Shown here: piece by piece, positions 18,334-29,532 of the stretch | How the letters are laid out: each line of letters opens with the position of its first letter | How positions within the stretch are numbered: the stretch's first letter is position 1 | Assembly: GCA_040222015.1 (NCBI GenBank) | Contig: JAVJWO010000218.1 | Location: forward strand, 1 to 45,725 | Source: Coleofasciculus chthonoplastes F2-STO-03 | GTDB taxonomy: Bacteria; Cyanobacteriota; Cyanobacteriia; Cyanobacteriales; Coleofasciculaceae | Direction: 5' to 3' | Length of the DNA: 45,725 nt | Position numbers and translations under genes: made by a program | The notes under the pieces: model-generated | The model's input: the letters and a program-made list of their open reading frames with translations, nothing else | Told to the model about the DNA's origin: nothing | Database searches by the model: none

Positions 18334-21069
18334 GTGATTGCAACTAGAAAGCAGAGTAGGGGTTCAAAGGAATTGGCAAACGATGCTCAAATTAACAGCA
18401 CCAAACGTTGGCAAAACCAAACGATGGTGTTATTCGAGTTGACTCAATCTCAGAGACTCAACGCCGGAGATTTGACCACCGTAATTTGTGACTTGACAAA
18501 AGCCGCCGCAAATGCATTAGACGTTGAGCGAGTCAGCGTATGGTTGTACAACGATGCAGCTTCCCAGCTTAATTGTGTGGAACGGTATGAGGACGGTAAA
18601 CACTATCATGGCTGGGACAGAACCCCAGGGCAAAGCCAGGGAAAAGAGATTAGTCCACCTGTATTGCCGAAGACGTGTTGTTGTCTTACCAGTCCCCTAT
18701 TGCTGGGGCGATTGGATGTACCGATCTGGCAAAACGAACAGATGATCGGTATGATTAGCTACGAACAAAGCGTATCCAGTCCGAGGGAGTGGACGCCTCA
18801 AGACAAAACCTTTGCCAGCGCGATCGCGAATTTAATTGCCCTGCGACTGGAACAATGGCATCACCAACAGGCAATGCAGGAGTTGAATCAGGGAGAAAGC
18901 CGTTACCGATTACTGGTTGAGACGTCTCCCGATCTAATTTCTCACCATCGAACCGATGGCGTCTATTTATATGCTTCACCCGCTTGTCGCACTCTCTTAG
19001 GATACGAACCCGATAAGTTGGTGGGACATTCCATTTACGAGTTAGTGCATCCTCAAGATGTCACCGCGATAAAAAAAATCTACTCCAACCCAACGGATTG
19101 CCAACACCAGCAACCGATTCGCTACCGCATCCGTCATCAAAGCGGCGATTATCGATGGCTAGAAAGCACGATCAACCCGATACGCCATCCTCAAACCAAT
19201 CAAGTAACCGAACTTGTCGTTGTCTCGCGGGAGATTAGTCAACCCCAGCCCGCCCCAGAATCACGCCACAAAGCCACACCTCACGCCTTGAAGATGAACC
19301 CCTTAGCCGTGGCAAAACAGGCAAACCCATTTAAACCCTTGGGCTTAGGATCTCGCCTTTCCCGATTAACCCATCCCCCAGCGATGCCGACAACCCCGGC
19401 TCCACCCAGCCACAGTCGGATTTCCGCACTGGCGGCGGTGGTAGAAGATCGGCTGATGAGTGGCATGATGTTATTGGGGAATCAATCCCTCAACTCAGAA
19501 TCTCGGCGTACCTTTAGCTGGGTTGCCAATGCCATTGCCGTTGCCATTGACCAATATTGGGCGCGTTCAGAACTACTCAGCCGTCGCGAATCTCTACTTT
19601 TTGGGCTTGCCAATCAAATTCGCAACTCCCTAGAACTTCATACCATTCTGGAAACAGCAGTAGAATCGATTCGCACCCTACTCAAAATCGATCGCTGTCA
19701 ATTTCTCTGGTATCGACTCAAGACGCAACCCCCCCATTGGGATGTAGTCAAAGAAGCCAGAACACCTGATTTACCAAGCTATATCGGTCAACATTCCCCT
19801 GAGGAAATTGCCCCCCTTGCCCAGCGGATTCTCAAGCGAGAAATTGTTCAGGTTGATGATGTAGAAACTTGTGATGACCCGATTCTAAAACAGTTTTTAA
19901 CCCGACAGGGATATACCTCCATCTTGTCCCTACCGATTAAAACCCGGGCGGGAGACATTGGCGCGATTAGTTGTATTCACGGGACAGAACAACGTCCCTG
20001 GGATAATAGTGAAGTGGAACTATTGCAAGCGGTTGTCGCTCAACTAACGATCGCACTCGATCAAGCCTCCCTCTACACCCAAGCCCGTGAAAGCGCTGAG
20101 ATTGCCCAAGCCCAAACCCAAGAACTTGAACAAACCCTAAACCAGCTTCAAGCCACCCAAGCCAAACTGGTGCAGAGTGAAAAAATGTCCAGTTTAGGAC
20201 AATTAGTGGCAGGTGTGGCACATGAACTGAATAATCCAGTTAATTTTATTCACAATAACTTGACTTACGCCAGTGCCTATTTTTATGACCTCTTGAATCT
20301 GGTACGCCTTTATCAAGAGCATTCTCCCAATCCGGCGGCGGCTATTGCGGAGCAAGCGGAACTCATTGATGTTGACTTTATCGCCGATGACTTACCCAAA
20401 CTGCTGCGTTCTATGCAACGGGGAACCGATCGGATTAGTTCTATTGTCCTCAGCTTACGCAACTTCTCCCGCCTGGATGAAGCCGAGATGAAACAGGCTG
20501 ACTTAAATCAAGGAATTGAGAGTACCTTACTGATGTTGCAACATCGCCTCAAACCCAAAGGGAACCAGCCGGAGATTAAAGTGCTGACGGAGTATGGCGA
20601 TTTGCCTCAAGCAGACTGTTATCCTGGACAGCTTAACCAGGTGTTTCTGAACATTCTCAACAACGCGATCGATGTTTTGGAGCAGTCTTTTAAAGATAAT
20701 CCTGATTATCCTGCACCGATTATTGCCATTCGCACGGGGGTATTGGAATGTTCCACGGATTCCTCTCACCAGCCAGACTCTCAGCTCGATATCCAGACAG
20801 AGGAGAAGAAACCATCATTACCGAACTGTCCAAGGATTGCGATTCAAATTGCCGATAATGGACCGGGAATAACGGATGAGATAAAAGCACGGTTATTTGA
20901 TCCCTTCTTTTCCACTAAAGCGGTTGGACAAGGGGTAGGTTTAGGATTGACAATTTGTTATCAAATTGTGGTCGAACATCATCATGGTATTCTCAACTGT
21001 ACATCCACACCAGGGAAAGGAACTGAATTTTGGATCGAGATTCCGATTCAGCAAGTTATAACCTCATAG
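18334..21069 (+). CDS. GAF/PAS/GAF sensor histidine kinase
   Basis: PAS (YLYASPACRTLLGY), GAF, H-box AGVAHELNNP, N-box QLNQVFLNILNNA, DNGPG, FDPFF, G.GLGL; start position uncertain. Confidence 0.93.
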   Translation: MIATRKQSRGSKELANDAQINSTKRWQNQTMVLFELTQSQRLNAGDLTTVICDLTKAAANALDVERVSVWLYNDAASQLNCVERYEDGKHYHGWDRTPGQSQGKEISPPVLPKTCCCLTSPLLLGRLDVPIWQNEQMIGMISYEQSVSSPREWTPQDKTFASAIANLIALRLEQWHHQQAMQELNQGESRYRLLVETSPDLISHHRTDGVYLYASPACRTLLGYEPDKLVGHSIYELVHPQDVTAIKKIYSNPTDCQHQQPIRYRIRHQSGDYRWLESTINPIRHPQTNQVTELVVVSREISQPQPAPESRHKATPHALKMNPLAVAKQANPFKPLGLGSRLSRLTHPPAMPTTPAPPSHSRISALAAVVEDRLMSGMMLLGNQSLNSESRRTFSWVANAIAVAIDQYWARSELLSRRESLLFGLANQIRNSLELHTILETAVESIRTLLKIDRCQFLWYRLKTQPPHWDVVKEARTPDLPSYIGQHSPEEIAPLAQRILKREIVQVDDVETCDDPILKQFLTRQGYTSILSLPIKTRAGDIGAISCIHGTEQRPWDNSEVELLQAVVAQLTIALDQASLYTQARESAEIAQAQTQELEQTLNQLQATQAKLVQSEKMSSLGQLVAGVAHELNNPVNFIHNNLTYASAYFYDLLNLVRLYQEHSPNPAAAIAEQAELIDVDFIADDLPKLLRSMQRGTDRISSIVLSLRNFSRLDEAEMKQADLNQGIESTLLMLQHRLKPKGNQPEIKVLTEYGDLPQADCYPGQLNQVFLNILNNAIDVLEQSFKDNPDYPAPIIAIRTGVLECSTDSSHQPDSQLDIQTEEKKPSLPNCPRIAIQIADNGPGITDEIKARLFDPFFSTKAVGQGVGLGLTICYQIVVEHHHGILNCTSTPGKGTEFWIEIPIQQVITS

Positions 21070-21173
21070 GATTAATGTTCCAGACTTAGCCTACTACGTC
21101 TGGACATATTTTTCTTTACTATTGTGGTACGCTTAAAAGCCAGACAATCAATTTGTGGCGTGGATGTGAGGAA

Positions 21174-21361
21174 GTGATTCCAGAATTCGATGAGAACGGC
21201 AATCTGCTGAACAAAAAAGTAAGTATAAAGGTTAAATTTTTCCCGCTAACTACCCAGCGAATGAGGCAGGAACAGCCTATTTAGATTTTTTTCAATTTGA
21301 TACCAGAACGAATACGCGCAAAGGAATTATAGCTATAGATTTATTGAGGTGGGAATCATGA
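21174..21361 (+). pseudogene. Internally deleted DUF6932-like nucleotidyltransferase-fold (toxin) gene
   Basis: GTG start reading IPEFDENGNL, then in another frame EQKSKYKG*IFP...LDFFQFD...KGIIAIDLLRWES*; ATGA overlap with the HTH gene. Confidence 0.7.
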
Positions 21362-21873
21362 TTAAAAATAAAAAGCAGTATGAATACAGCCAAGAATGTG
21401 CCAAAAAATTTGAATATTCCATCAAGATGTTAGATGAAGATAAAGCACTTAAGCAGAAAGATCCTGATGGTTGGCAGCTTTCTCGTGATGTAAAACAATC
21501 GCATCTCATGGCTTTACAAGCGGAAATTACTGAATATGAAAGACTAATTAATTGTGACAATAGCCAGCCGATTAAAATTGAAGTGGAGAGTTTAAATAAG
21601 CTGCCAGATGCTTTAATTAAAGCCAGGATAGCTGCCAAAATGAGCCAAAACGAACTGGCTGATTTGCTGGGAATTGAGCAGCAACGAGTTCAGCAGTATG
21701 AAGACACCGATTATCAATGTGCTAGTTTTGTAGAAATTTTGGAAGTTAGCGCAGCGTTGGGTGTGGAATTTGAGACGGCTGTGATGCAGGTAGATTTTGA
21801 GGAAATAGAAGCGGTTAAAAAAAATGTAGCAAAATGGCGAAACAAAAAAATGAATAGGGTAACTAAAATCTAA
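21358..21873 (+). CDS. XRE-family HTH protein (HigA-like antitoxin)
   Basis: MIKN..QY N-terminus; LIKARIAAKMSQNELADLLGI.QQRVQQYE HTH. Confidence 0.88.
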   Translation: MIKNKKQYEYSQECAKKFEYSIKMLDEDKALKQKDPDGWQLSRDVKQSHLMALQAEITEYERLINCDNSQPIKIEVESLNKLPDALIKARIAAKMSQNELADLLGIEQQRVQQYEDTDYQCASFVEILEVSAALGVEFETAVMQVDFEEIEAVKKNVAKWRNKKMNRVTKI

Positions 21874-21899
21874 ATCTATTAGATCTATTATATATAACA

Positions 21900-22769
21900 A
21901 TGACAAATTTTCCTATTTTTTCCGGACAGTTTACTTTACGTCAACGTCATCAGCTTCCCGATCAAGCAGGCATTTATTTTGTTCTCGATGAACGCGAACA
22001 ATTACTTTATATTGGTCAAGCTAAAAACCTGCGCGATCGCTGGGCGGGATCAACTCATCACCGATACAAACAATTTGCTAGGAAAGGATTAGATAAAATC
22101 ATTCTTAGATATATTCTGACTTCAGTTTCTGAACTGGATAAGTTAGAGCGAGAGTATATCGAGCAGCTTAAACCTATACTCAATGATAGCAAAGTAAAGG
22201 AATATCTCCCCAAAACAAGTCCTCGGTTTTCAGAATTGCAACGTTTACTCAAACTCACGAGTCAGCCTCTCTTTCCCTCAGTGATGTCTACGTGCAGCGA
22301 GGGAAAGACAATCCCTAGAGACGCTTGGGACTTGTTTCGAGGTTTTGTTGCAGGTGTATATGAAGAACGCCAGCCTTACATCATAGTAGTGTGCCGACAG
22401 AATATGGGAAGTATTTTGTTGAAAAGTTCATTACATCGAACTAAAAAGCGCTTTTACATAGAAACAGACCCAAGGCTTAGACCAGCTTGTTATTTTTTCG
22501 ATGCGAGACAAGCAATTTTTGCATTTGTAGAATTATTTAATGATAATTGGTCAGATCTAGTTTTCAAAGAGGTTTATCCCAATTTAGTGGATTGCCGAAT
22601 TACTGGCGTTATACTTAAGAGACTCGTCAATTCTAATTTATTAATGCCTGCATTAGAAAAAATAATCGTTAACGGGGACAATGCAGCGCAATCTTACCTT
22701 TTAAAGGTTTGTCAAAACTTACAAACTTTGCCTGCTGATTTTTATTTAAACAAGCATATAATTTGGTGA
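21900..22769 (+). CDS. GIY-YIG nuclease domain protein
   Basis: AGIYFV...LYIGQAKNLRDRW...LERE.I...P.LN at the N-terminus; C-terminal about 190 aa unrecognised. Confidence 0.85.
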   Translation: MTNFPIFSGQFTLRQRHQLPDQAGIYFVLDEREQLLYIGQAKNLRDRWAGSTHHRYKQFARKGLDKIILRYILTSVSELDKLEREYIEQLKPILNDSKVKEYLPKTSPRFSELQRLLKLTSQPLFPSVMSTCSEGKTIPRDAWDLFRGFVAGVYEERQPYIIVVCRQNMGSILLKSSLHRTKKRFYIETDPRLRPACYFFDARQAIFAFVELFNDNWSDLVFKEVYPNLVDCRITGVILKRLVNSNLLMPALEKIIVNGDNAAQSYLLKVCQNLQTLPADFYLNKHIIW

Positions 22770-22776
22770 AATTAAT

Positions 22777-22941
22777 CTCGGCGTCAATTTTTGCCTCATG
22801 CATCAGTTCTTGGGGTTTGCCAGAACCGGGCATATTTTGCACCGCGAGTTTAATTAACTGGAGTTGAGGACCTTGATAGGTGGGTGCGGTATCAACACCA
22901 GCAAAGGCATCCTGTACGGCAGCACCTAAACCCCCTTCCAT
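22777..22941 (-). pseudogene. C-terminal fragment of a transketolase
   Basis: EGGLGAAV...LAVQNMPGSGKPQELMHEAKIDA resembles the transketolase C-terminal domain; the rest of the gene is absent. Confidence 0.7.
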
Positions 22942-22944
22942 CCG

Positions 22945-23097
22945 GGAATATCGGGTGTTTTAATTGAAGCCGAAGTTGGCGTTCCTTTCACCTTTACCGC
23001 TCATTCTCTGGGGGCGTTGAAGATCGATAAACTGGAAGTCACGCCCGAAAATCTGCCAGAAATGGATGAGTATTATCACTTCGGACGCAGCCTACTC
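22945..23097 (+). pseudogene. Internal fragment of a sucrose-phosphate-synthase-like GT4 glycosyltransferase
   Basis: My translation GISGVLIEAEVGVPFTFTAHSLGALKIDKLEVTPENLPEMDEYYHF; T.HSLG..K is the SPS-type motif. Confidence 0.65.
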
Positions 23098-23436
23098 ACA
23101 TTTAGGTGGAGACAAGGCAGTGGTTCGACAGGCTCACCAACCGGGCAGAAGGAAAGGAGCAAGGTTGCAAGGAAGAAGGAAGGATATTACGGTTATTTCG
23201 GCGGACATGATATCAGATCAAGGTATTGCTTTCTTTTTGAGCTTAAGTTGACACGAATGGACAATAAAGCGTAGGGGCGAGTCGCTGGATTATCGTTAAG
23301 GATAAATCCATTAATTTTGTTGACTCGCCCTAATCTTTTGTTAACCCTGAATAAAGGATAAGGTGGTGGGTTACGGCGGAGCGAGAATTAAATGATTCGT
23401 TTCCTACATTGAACACCGCCTAACCCACCCTACAAG

Positions 23437-26124
23437 TTATGGTTTATCATTTACAGGAGTGTACCTTTGACAAAGGTGGAGTGCATCAGAATCAGTCTTA
23501 GTGTGAACACGATTCTCGCTTCCCATTAGGCTAATGCACCCTTGCTGCAACAGATGGTTCAGATTCAAATTCCACAAGTTAACTGTTCCATCCGGATTCG
23601 CTAATGCTAATTGTTCACCATCCGGGGAAAAGCTAACCCTGGCGACTGGATTTTTATGACTCGGTAAGGCTTTAAGTAATGTACCATTTTGATGCCATAG
23701 TCTGACGCGGTTATCGGTACTCGTCGTCGCTAGCATTTGGTTATCCGCACTAAAGCTAAAGCTGGTGACTGGTTTGGTATGTTGTAAGATATTCAACAAT
23801 GTGCCATTTTTACGCCAGAGTCTTACTGTACCCTCTGTACTGCTAGAGGCAATGAGTTGACTATTGGGACTAAATTGGATATCGATAATAGCATCGTTGG
23901 TTGTATTAAAGGTGTGGAGTAACGTACCATCCCGACACCGCCACAGTGCGATCGCGCCTTCTTGATCCACGGTTGCTAGTTTATCACCGTTGGCGGAAAA
24001 ACTGACATGGGAAACATGGGGACGAGTTAACGTTTGCGATAATTGATCCTCCAGATAGTGCCACAGTTGAATCTCTTGATCGTTACTAACGGCAATTTGT
24101 GGGCTATTGGGATTAAAACTGAGACTGGTTATCGTATCAGCATTGACTTTTACAGTTCGCTGTTGTTGACCATTTTGATGCCAAATCTTAATCATACCAT
24201 CAGGGCTGGCACTGGCGAGGGTTTGGCTATCAGAACTAAAGCTGAGATTAAGAATGCGATCGCCTGCTTCCTGTAAGGTATAAACTCGGTTAGATTTATC
24301 GGGATCACTCAGATGATGCCACAGCTTTACTGTACCATCCTGATAAGCAACAGCCAACATCTGACTATCCGGACTAAACCGAAACTGAGTCACACCAGAA
24401 AAATGTCCGGGTAAGGTATTCGGCTGACTGAAACTCAAAATCGCTTGATTTAATGCCATAATCACCCGCATTTTGGTATCCGCCGTCACGCCCAGGGATT
24501 GTTTCAGTTCTTTCGCTGCACGCATACTTTCGATGAGTGCATCTCGCGTTTGATTGGTGGCTAAAAGGGATTCGGATAATAAACTTAGTGTATTAATTTT
24601 AGTATTCCGTTCTTCAATCGAGGGTTTAACCCAAAATACACCCATCAATAGGGTTATAATCACCGCCGCCGCCCCAGTAACATATTGAAATCTCAACTGC
24701 TGTTCCCGATTTAATTTCGCTTGGATTAATTTTCGCTGCTGTTGTTCTTTGGTCAATTCTTCCAGTAATTCTTTTTCGCGACGCAGTTGCTTAATTTCCG
24801 CTTGATTTTGGCTTTCAATTTGCCGTAATTGTGCCAGGGTTGCTTCTTGAGACGCAGCGAGGAAATGATAGTCGCGATCGCTTAAACTTTTCCCCGTCGC
24901 CCAATCTTGAGCATCTTGTAAAGCCTGTCCGCGCAATAATCGGGATTCATCTTGACAATCTGAGGCAAACCAAGCAGTTAAGGCTTCACTGTAGGGGCGT
25001 AATTCAGCCAGGGCATTTTCTACCCAATTGGGGGTAAAAATAGACTGATAAATTCGGTTTTTGACTCGGAGTTTTCCCCCTTGACGAACCACTAATCCAC
25101 TCAGGCATAATTGGGCTTGTTCGGGACTCTCATCAGCAATCAGTTCTCCCTGGTGTAAAATGCGCTGATAAAGTCCCAATAACCTGCCAGCCAATTGCTC
25201 ATTTTTGAGAATGCGATCGCGGATGGTTCGGATATGAGCAGGTTCATCTTGAGATTCCCAGTTTTCCAGGATTTTGGATTGGACAATTTTCTCAATTAAG
25301 GGTGAATTTAAATTGTCTGTTGAATCATTAATATTCAAGTCATTTACCCCGACTATACTTGAATATTGCACCACTACCTTACAGAGTTTTTGGCTAAGAA
25401 AAGGTTGTCCACCTGTCCAGTCTAAAATCTCCTGTAAGACAGCTTCAGGATGATTCACATTTCCCGCTAATCCCTGAATCAACGGTTGACAATCTTTGAA
25501 TTTAAACCCCTGCAATTCTATCGCCCGACCAATATTAAACGGGGTGCGGGTGGGGTCACGAATTAAATCCAATGGCGTAGCGACTCCAACTAGGGAAAAC
25601 GTCAGGCGCTTATACTCACTATTTTGGGCGCGTTTATTATAGCAAGCACGAATCAAGGCAAAAAAGTCATCGGCAGCTTCCTGCAAACTGAGAATACTAT
25701 CGATTTCATCGATAAAAATAACAATAGGTTGAGATAACTCTTTCAGCAATACCGTAGAAACAAGTTCACTCAATCGCTGCACCGGAGACATCCAATCTCG
25801 CCCTTGCCACCAGTCCATAAATTCCAGGGGATTGAATAGATTAAAGCTATTTAATAACTGATAGGCGACGCCACCATACCACTGTTCCAGAGATTGACTA
25901 CCAATATCAGATAAATCAATCGCAGCACAGGCACATCCTTCAGCAGAAAGCCTTTGCATGGTGCGAACCAGTAAACTAGATTTACCCATTTGTCGAGAAT
26001 TGAGTACATAACAAAATTCTCCCGCTTTTAGTCCTTCATAGAGTTCGGTGTCCGCTTGTCGGATAATATAGGTGGGGGCATCTTCCGGAAGACTACCACC
26101 GATTTGATAGGGGTAATCGTGCAT
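23437..26124 (-). CDS. AAA_35-type (STAND-like) NTPase with TM helix and WD40 repeats
   Basis: YQIGGSL, Walker A SRQMGKSS, Walker [18 protein letters not shown]-terminal WD repeats. Confidence 0.92.
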   Translation of the reverse strand: MHDYPYQIGGSLPEDAPTYIIRQADTELYEGLKAGEFCYVLNSRQMGKSSLLVRTMQRLSAEGCACAAIDLSDIGSQSLEQWYGGVAYQLLNSFNLFNPLEFMDWWQGRDWMSPVQRLSELVSTVLLKELSQPIVIFIDEIDSILSLQEAADDFFALIRACYNKRAQNSEYKRLTFSLVGVATPLDLIRDPTRTPFNIGRAIELQGFKFKDCQPLIQGLAGNVNHPEAVLQEILDWTGGQPFLSQKLCKVVVQYSSIVGVNDLNINDSTDNLNSPLIEKIVQSKILENWESQDEPAHIRTIRDRILKNEQLAGRLLGLYQRILHQGELIADESPEQAQLCLSGLVVRQGGKLRVKNRIYQSIFTPNWVENALAELRPYSEALTAWFASDCQDESRLLRGQALQDAQDWATGKSLSDRDYHFLAASQEATLAQLRQIESQNQAEIKQLRREKELLEELTKEQQQRKLIQAKLNREQQLRFQYVTGAAAVIITLLMGVFWVKPSIEERNTKINTLSLLSESLLATNQTRDALIESMRAAKELKQSLGVTADTKMRVIMALNQAILSFSQPNTLPGHFSGVTQFRFSPDSQMLAVAYQDGTVKLWHHLSDPDKSNRVYTLQEAGDRILNLSFSSDSQTLASASPDGMIKIWHQNGQQQRTVKVNADTITSLSFNPNSPQIAVSNDQEIQLWHYLEDQLSQTLTRPHVSHVSFSANGDKLATVDQEGAIALWRCRDGTLLHTFNTTNDAIIDIQFSPNSQLIASSSTEGTVRLWRKNGTLLNILQHTKPVTSFSFSADNQMLATTSTDNRVRLWHQNGTLLKALPSHKNPVARVSFSPDGEQLALANPDGTVNLWNLNLNHLLQQGCISLMGSENRVHTKTDSDALHLCQRYTPVNDKP

Positions 26125-26383
26125 GATTTATTAGGTTTTTGGCTATGGGGATAAGGCGAGACATTTAAGTTGAATGGCACGGCAATAAGCATTAGGTAAT
26201 CGCCGAAACCTTTGAGCTACCGTAGTGGCGTGGCACACCTTAATTGGTGGATTAGCATTGGTTCGTAGTGAGGGAACTTCAGCCCTCTCCAGATAGGCGA
26301 AGCGAGAACTAAAGTTCTCACTACAAACAAAGTCCTATTTTAGTAGATTTTTTCATTAATTATTGTAAATACACTTAAATGGT

Positions 26384-27796
26384 TTATTTTAAATCCAGCC
26401 AATCCAATATGGTTTGAAGTAACCAAGCACTATCTATGTTGTCTAAATTGCCACTGATTCTACAGAGACAATGGGTTGAAATGATGCCAATTTCGTAACT
26501 GGAATCTCCATGAATCAAAAAAACATTGCCAATGTCTGTGATTTTGGTTTGTTGTTGAATAGGATTAGACAACCATTTTTTACGATTGATTTCTAGTTTA
26601 TTACAAGTGCGATCAAATAAAACATAAGTTGTTTGGGTCTGGGCGCGAAACCAATTAAGGGATAGATTTATTGACACACCTAACAAAACCAAGTTAAAAG
26701 CTGTAAAACCGATCGCTTGAAATGATGGCATTAGAACCAACGTCGGCAATGACCCAATGAAGCAAAGAAAAATTAATAAATTAAACAAAACTAACTCTAC
26801 ATAAACAAACTTAATTTTCTGGATTATTTCAACAAAAGCAGGGGACAGTAGAATAATTTCTAAACGGTCTCTAGTCGTTTTAACTTTAATTAGCTTATCT
26901 GAAGGTTTCGACAGTTTCTGGAAAACCGGACGTGGGGGAGGATTAGACGGTGGAATCTGCCTATCTCTAAGTGCTTCTCTAGCTTCTTGAGCCGTGCTAA
27001 AGCGCCTCTCTAACGAAAGTTCGGTCATCTGTTCAATCCAACTGATAAACTGGGAATTGAGACTAAGGCGTGAATCGCAGCTATCCCGAAGGAAATCACG
27101 AAATTGAATTTGTCCTTCTGTTTGCGGTAAATCAGCAGGCGCTATACCTGTTAACAAGTGAATTAAGGTAGCCCCTAACGCATATAAATCTGACGCCGCC
27201 ACCGCCCGCCCCCAAAACTGTTCTAAGGGTGTATAGCCACTCGTTCCCACCACCGTAAATGTAACCCCAGTAACAGCCGCTTGAGCTTGAACTGTCCCAA
27301 AATCTACCAGATAAACCCACTTTTTTTTCATCAAAACTAGATTACTGGGTTTAATATCTCGATGCAATACAGGCGGACTTAATTCATGTAAATAGACGAT
27401 AATATTTAGGACTTCACTGGTAATCCGGCGAACCTGTTTTTCTGTAAAAATTTTATTATTATCTAATAAGGTTTGCAGAGAATTCCCTGGAATGTAATCT
27501 TGAACTAATCCAAACCACGGCAAGGTTAATCCTGAGTCTTTATCCAATGAAAAATAATCCCGATAGTGAGGAATGCGAGGATGATTCAAGGCTTGCAAAA
27601 CTTGGGCTTCGCGTTCAAACAGTTTAAGTTCTTCCCACTGCATTTCTGGGCTAAAAGCCAGCAATTTAACAACAACTTTCTTCTTTGACTGTAAATCTGT
27701 GGCTAACCAAGTTTGTCGCCCTGCTGCTGTGCGTCCTAATCTTTGATGAAGCTGGTATCGTTCTTTTAAGCATTGATTTGGACTGAACATAATCAT
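26384..27796 (-). CDS. Membrane Ser/Thr protein kinase (array member 4)
   Basis: VVK, HRDIKPSN, DFG, GTSGYTPLE; two C-terminal hydrophobic helices. Confidence 0.92.
   Translation of the reverse strand: MIMFSPNQCLKERYQLHQRLGRTAAGRQTWLATDLQSKKKVVVKLLAFSPEMQWEELKLFEREAQVLQALNHPRIPHYRDYFSLDKDSGLTLPWFGLVQDYIPGNSLQTLLDNNKIFTEKQVRRITSEVLNIIVYLHELSPPVLHRDIKPSNLVLMKKKWVYLVDFGTVQAQAAVTGVTFTVVGTSGYTPLEQFWGRAVAASDLYALGATLIHLLTGIAPADLPQTEGQIQFRDFLRDSCDSRLSLNSQFISWIEQMTELSLERRFSTAQEAREALRDRQIPPSNPPPRPVFQKLSKPSDKLIKVKTTRDRLEIILLSPAFVEIIQKIKFVYVELVLFNLLIFLCFIGSLPTLVLMPSFQAIGFTAFNLVLLGVSINLSLNWFRAQTQTTYVLFDRTCNKLEINRKKWLSNPIQQQTKITDIGNVFLIHGDSSYEIGIISTHCLCRISGNLDNIDSAWLLQTILDWLDLK
27071..27094. mobile_element. 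24-bp small dispersed repeat inserted at a HIP1-like site inside the kinase gene
   Basis: Extra FLRDSCDS relative to the paralog FRD|RLSL, whose DNA has an intact GCGATCGC at 28501-28508. Confidence 0.75.
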
Positions 27797-27834
27797 TTAT
27801 TGTTGAATACCAATTTGGCTATCATTTTTAATTT

Positions 27835-29199
27835 TTATTTGAAATACAACCAATTTAATAGTTCTTGGAGTAAGAATGTGCTTTCATGCTCTCCTAAAGC
27901 ACCACCAAGTTTACACATTGAATGAACAGTAGGAATTCTGACTTCGTAAACTGAGCCTCGATTCATTAAAAATGCCTTGTCAAGCTCTGAAATTTTGAAC
28001 TGTTGATGTCTATAGTATATAAACCAGAGTTGGCGTTTTAGGCTTAAACGATTAAGGTTACGCTCCAATACGACATGAGTTTTTTCACCCATGCTATAGA
28101 AATAAAATAGGCAAAGAAATAGTGAAATGCACAATATACTTAAAGTCGTGTCCAAATATCCAGAATATATAGAAGATAATACACTGCCGATAATAATGAT
28201 TAAAATTGCTGTATGAAAAGAGACAAGCACCAAAGCCGCTAACCAACTGTATTGGGTGATTTTTCTCAGTCCAGGAGCTGGAATAGTAATCGCCAATTTG
28301 TCTCTATCCGCTTTAAGTGTAATCAGGCTACCTGAAGGTTTAGAAAGTTTACCGCGAACGGGAAGTGATGTAGAACTTGACTGTTGAATTTGCCCATATT
28401 TCAGCGAATCTAGAGCCTGTTTAGCGGTGCTAAAGCGTTTCTCTAAAACAATTTCCGTCATCTGCTCAATCCAAGTGATAAAATCAGATTGGAGGCTGAG
28501 GCGATCGCGAAAATAAATCCGCCCTTCTTTTTGCGGTAAATCAGCCGGGGCTGTACCCGTTAACAGGTGAATTAAAGTTGCGCCCAAAGCATATAAATCA
28601 GAAGCCGCCACCGCCCGTCCCCAAAACTGTTCTAAAGGCGCATAACCACTCGTCCCCACTACAGTAAACGTAACACCTGTAACAGCCGCTTGCGCTTGAA
28701 CCGCGCCAAAATCCACCAAATAAACTTGCTTGTCTTCCCCTAAAATCAGATTACTCGGTTTAATATCTCGGTGCAATACAGGCGGACTCAGTTCATGTAA
28801 ATAAATGAGAATATCCAGAACTTGAGTCGCAATAGTACGAACTTGCTTCTCACTAAAATGTTTACCTTTATCTAATAATTCTTGCAGAGAATCTCCCGGA
28901 ATATAATCTTGCACCAGTCCAAACCATGGCAACTGGAACCCGGCTTCTTTATCTAACGAAAAATAATCCCGATAGCGGGGAATTCGGGGATGATTCAGGG
29001 CTTGTAAAACTTGTGCCTCGCGTTCAAATAGTTTAAGTTCTTCCCACTGAATTTCCGGGCTAAATGCTAATAGCTTAACCGTCACTTTTTCATTAGACTG
29101 TAAATCCGTCGCCAACCAAGTTTGTCGCCCTGCAGCCGTGCGTCCTAATTTTTGTTGCAGTTGGTAACGTTCCTTTAAGCATTGCTCTGGATTGAACAC
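27835..29199 (-). CDS. Membrane Ser/Thr protein kinase (array member 3)
   Basis: TVK, HRDIKPSN, DFG, GYAPLE; two C-terminal TM helices; GTG start. Confidence 0.92.
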   Translation of the reverse strand: MFNPEQCLKERYQLQQKLGRTAAGRQTWLATDLQSNEKVTVKLLAFSPEIQWEELKLFEREAQVLQALNHPRIPRYRDYFSLDKEAGFQLPWFGLVQDYIPGDSLQELLDKGKHFSEKQVRTIATQVLDILIYLHELSPPVLHRDIKPSNLILGEDKQVYLVDFGAVQAQAAVTGVTFTVVGTSGYAPLEQFWGRAVAASDLYALGATLIHLLTGTAPADLPQKEGRIYFRDRLSLQSDFITWIEQMTEIVLEKRFSTAKQALDSLKYGQIQQSSSTSLPVRGKLSKPSGSLITLKADRDKLAITIPAPGLRKITQYSWLAALVLVSFHTAILIIIIGSVLSSIYSGYLDTTLSILCISLFLCLFYFYSMGEKTHVVLERNLNRLSLKRQLWFIYYRHQQFKISELDKAFLMNRGSVYEVRIPTVHSMCKLGGALGEHESTFLLQELLNWLYFK

Positions 29200-29240
29200 G
29201 AGATTACCTCTGATAAATGTTGACGGTATCTGGCGCTTGT

Positions 29241-29300
29241 GTAGGGGCAGGTTTTACTGTCATCATTTCTTACCTTAACCTAGGTATGACTAAACCCGCC
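29241..29300. repeat. REP-like inverted repeat
   Basis: GTAGGGGCAGGTTTT...TAAACCCGCC. Confidence 0.7.
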
Positions 29301-29532
29301 TTGACTGACAATTATCTCATCTCCCTTATTGCCTTTTTTGATCAGGAATTACGCAGTTACACCACAGATGGGGGCAAAGGTGCGTTACGCTTCGCTAACA
29401 CACCCTACATATAGAGGCTTTGCGTAAGTCCTATTGATAATACGGCTCTATCCTGTTTCCTGGGTACAGTTTCAGGTTATCGAGACTTCCGCCGCAACAT
29501 TCCTACCCGGTGTGGTAAATTGCCGATTAACG

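Noticed and set aside
23017..23274. 85-aa and 61-aa ORFs as real genes
   Set aside because: Chimeras of a glycosyltransferase fragment and repeat sequence
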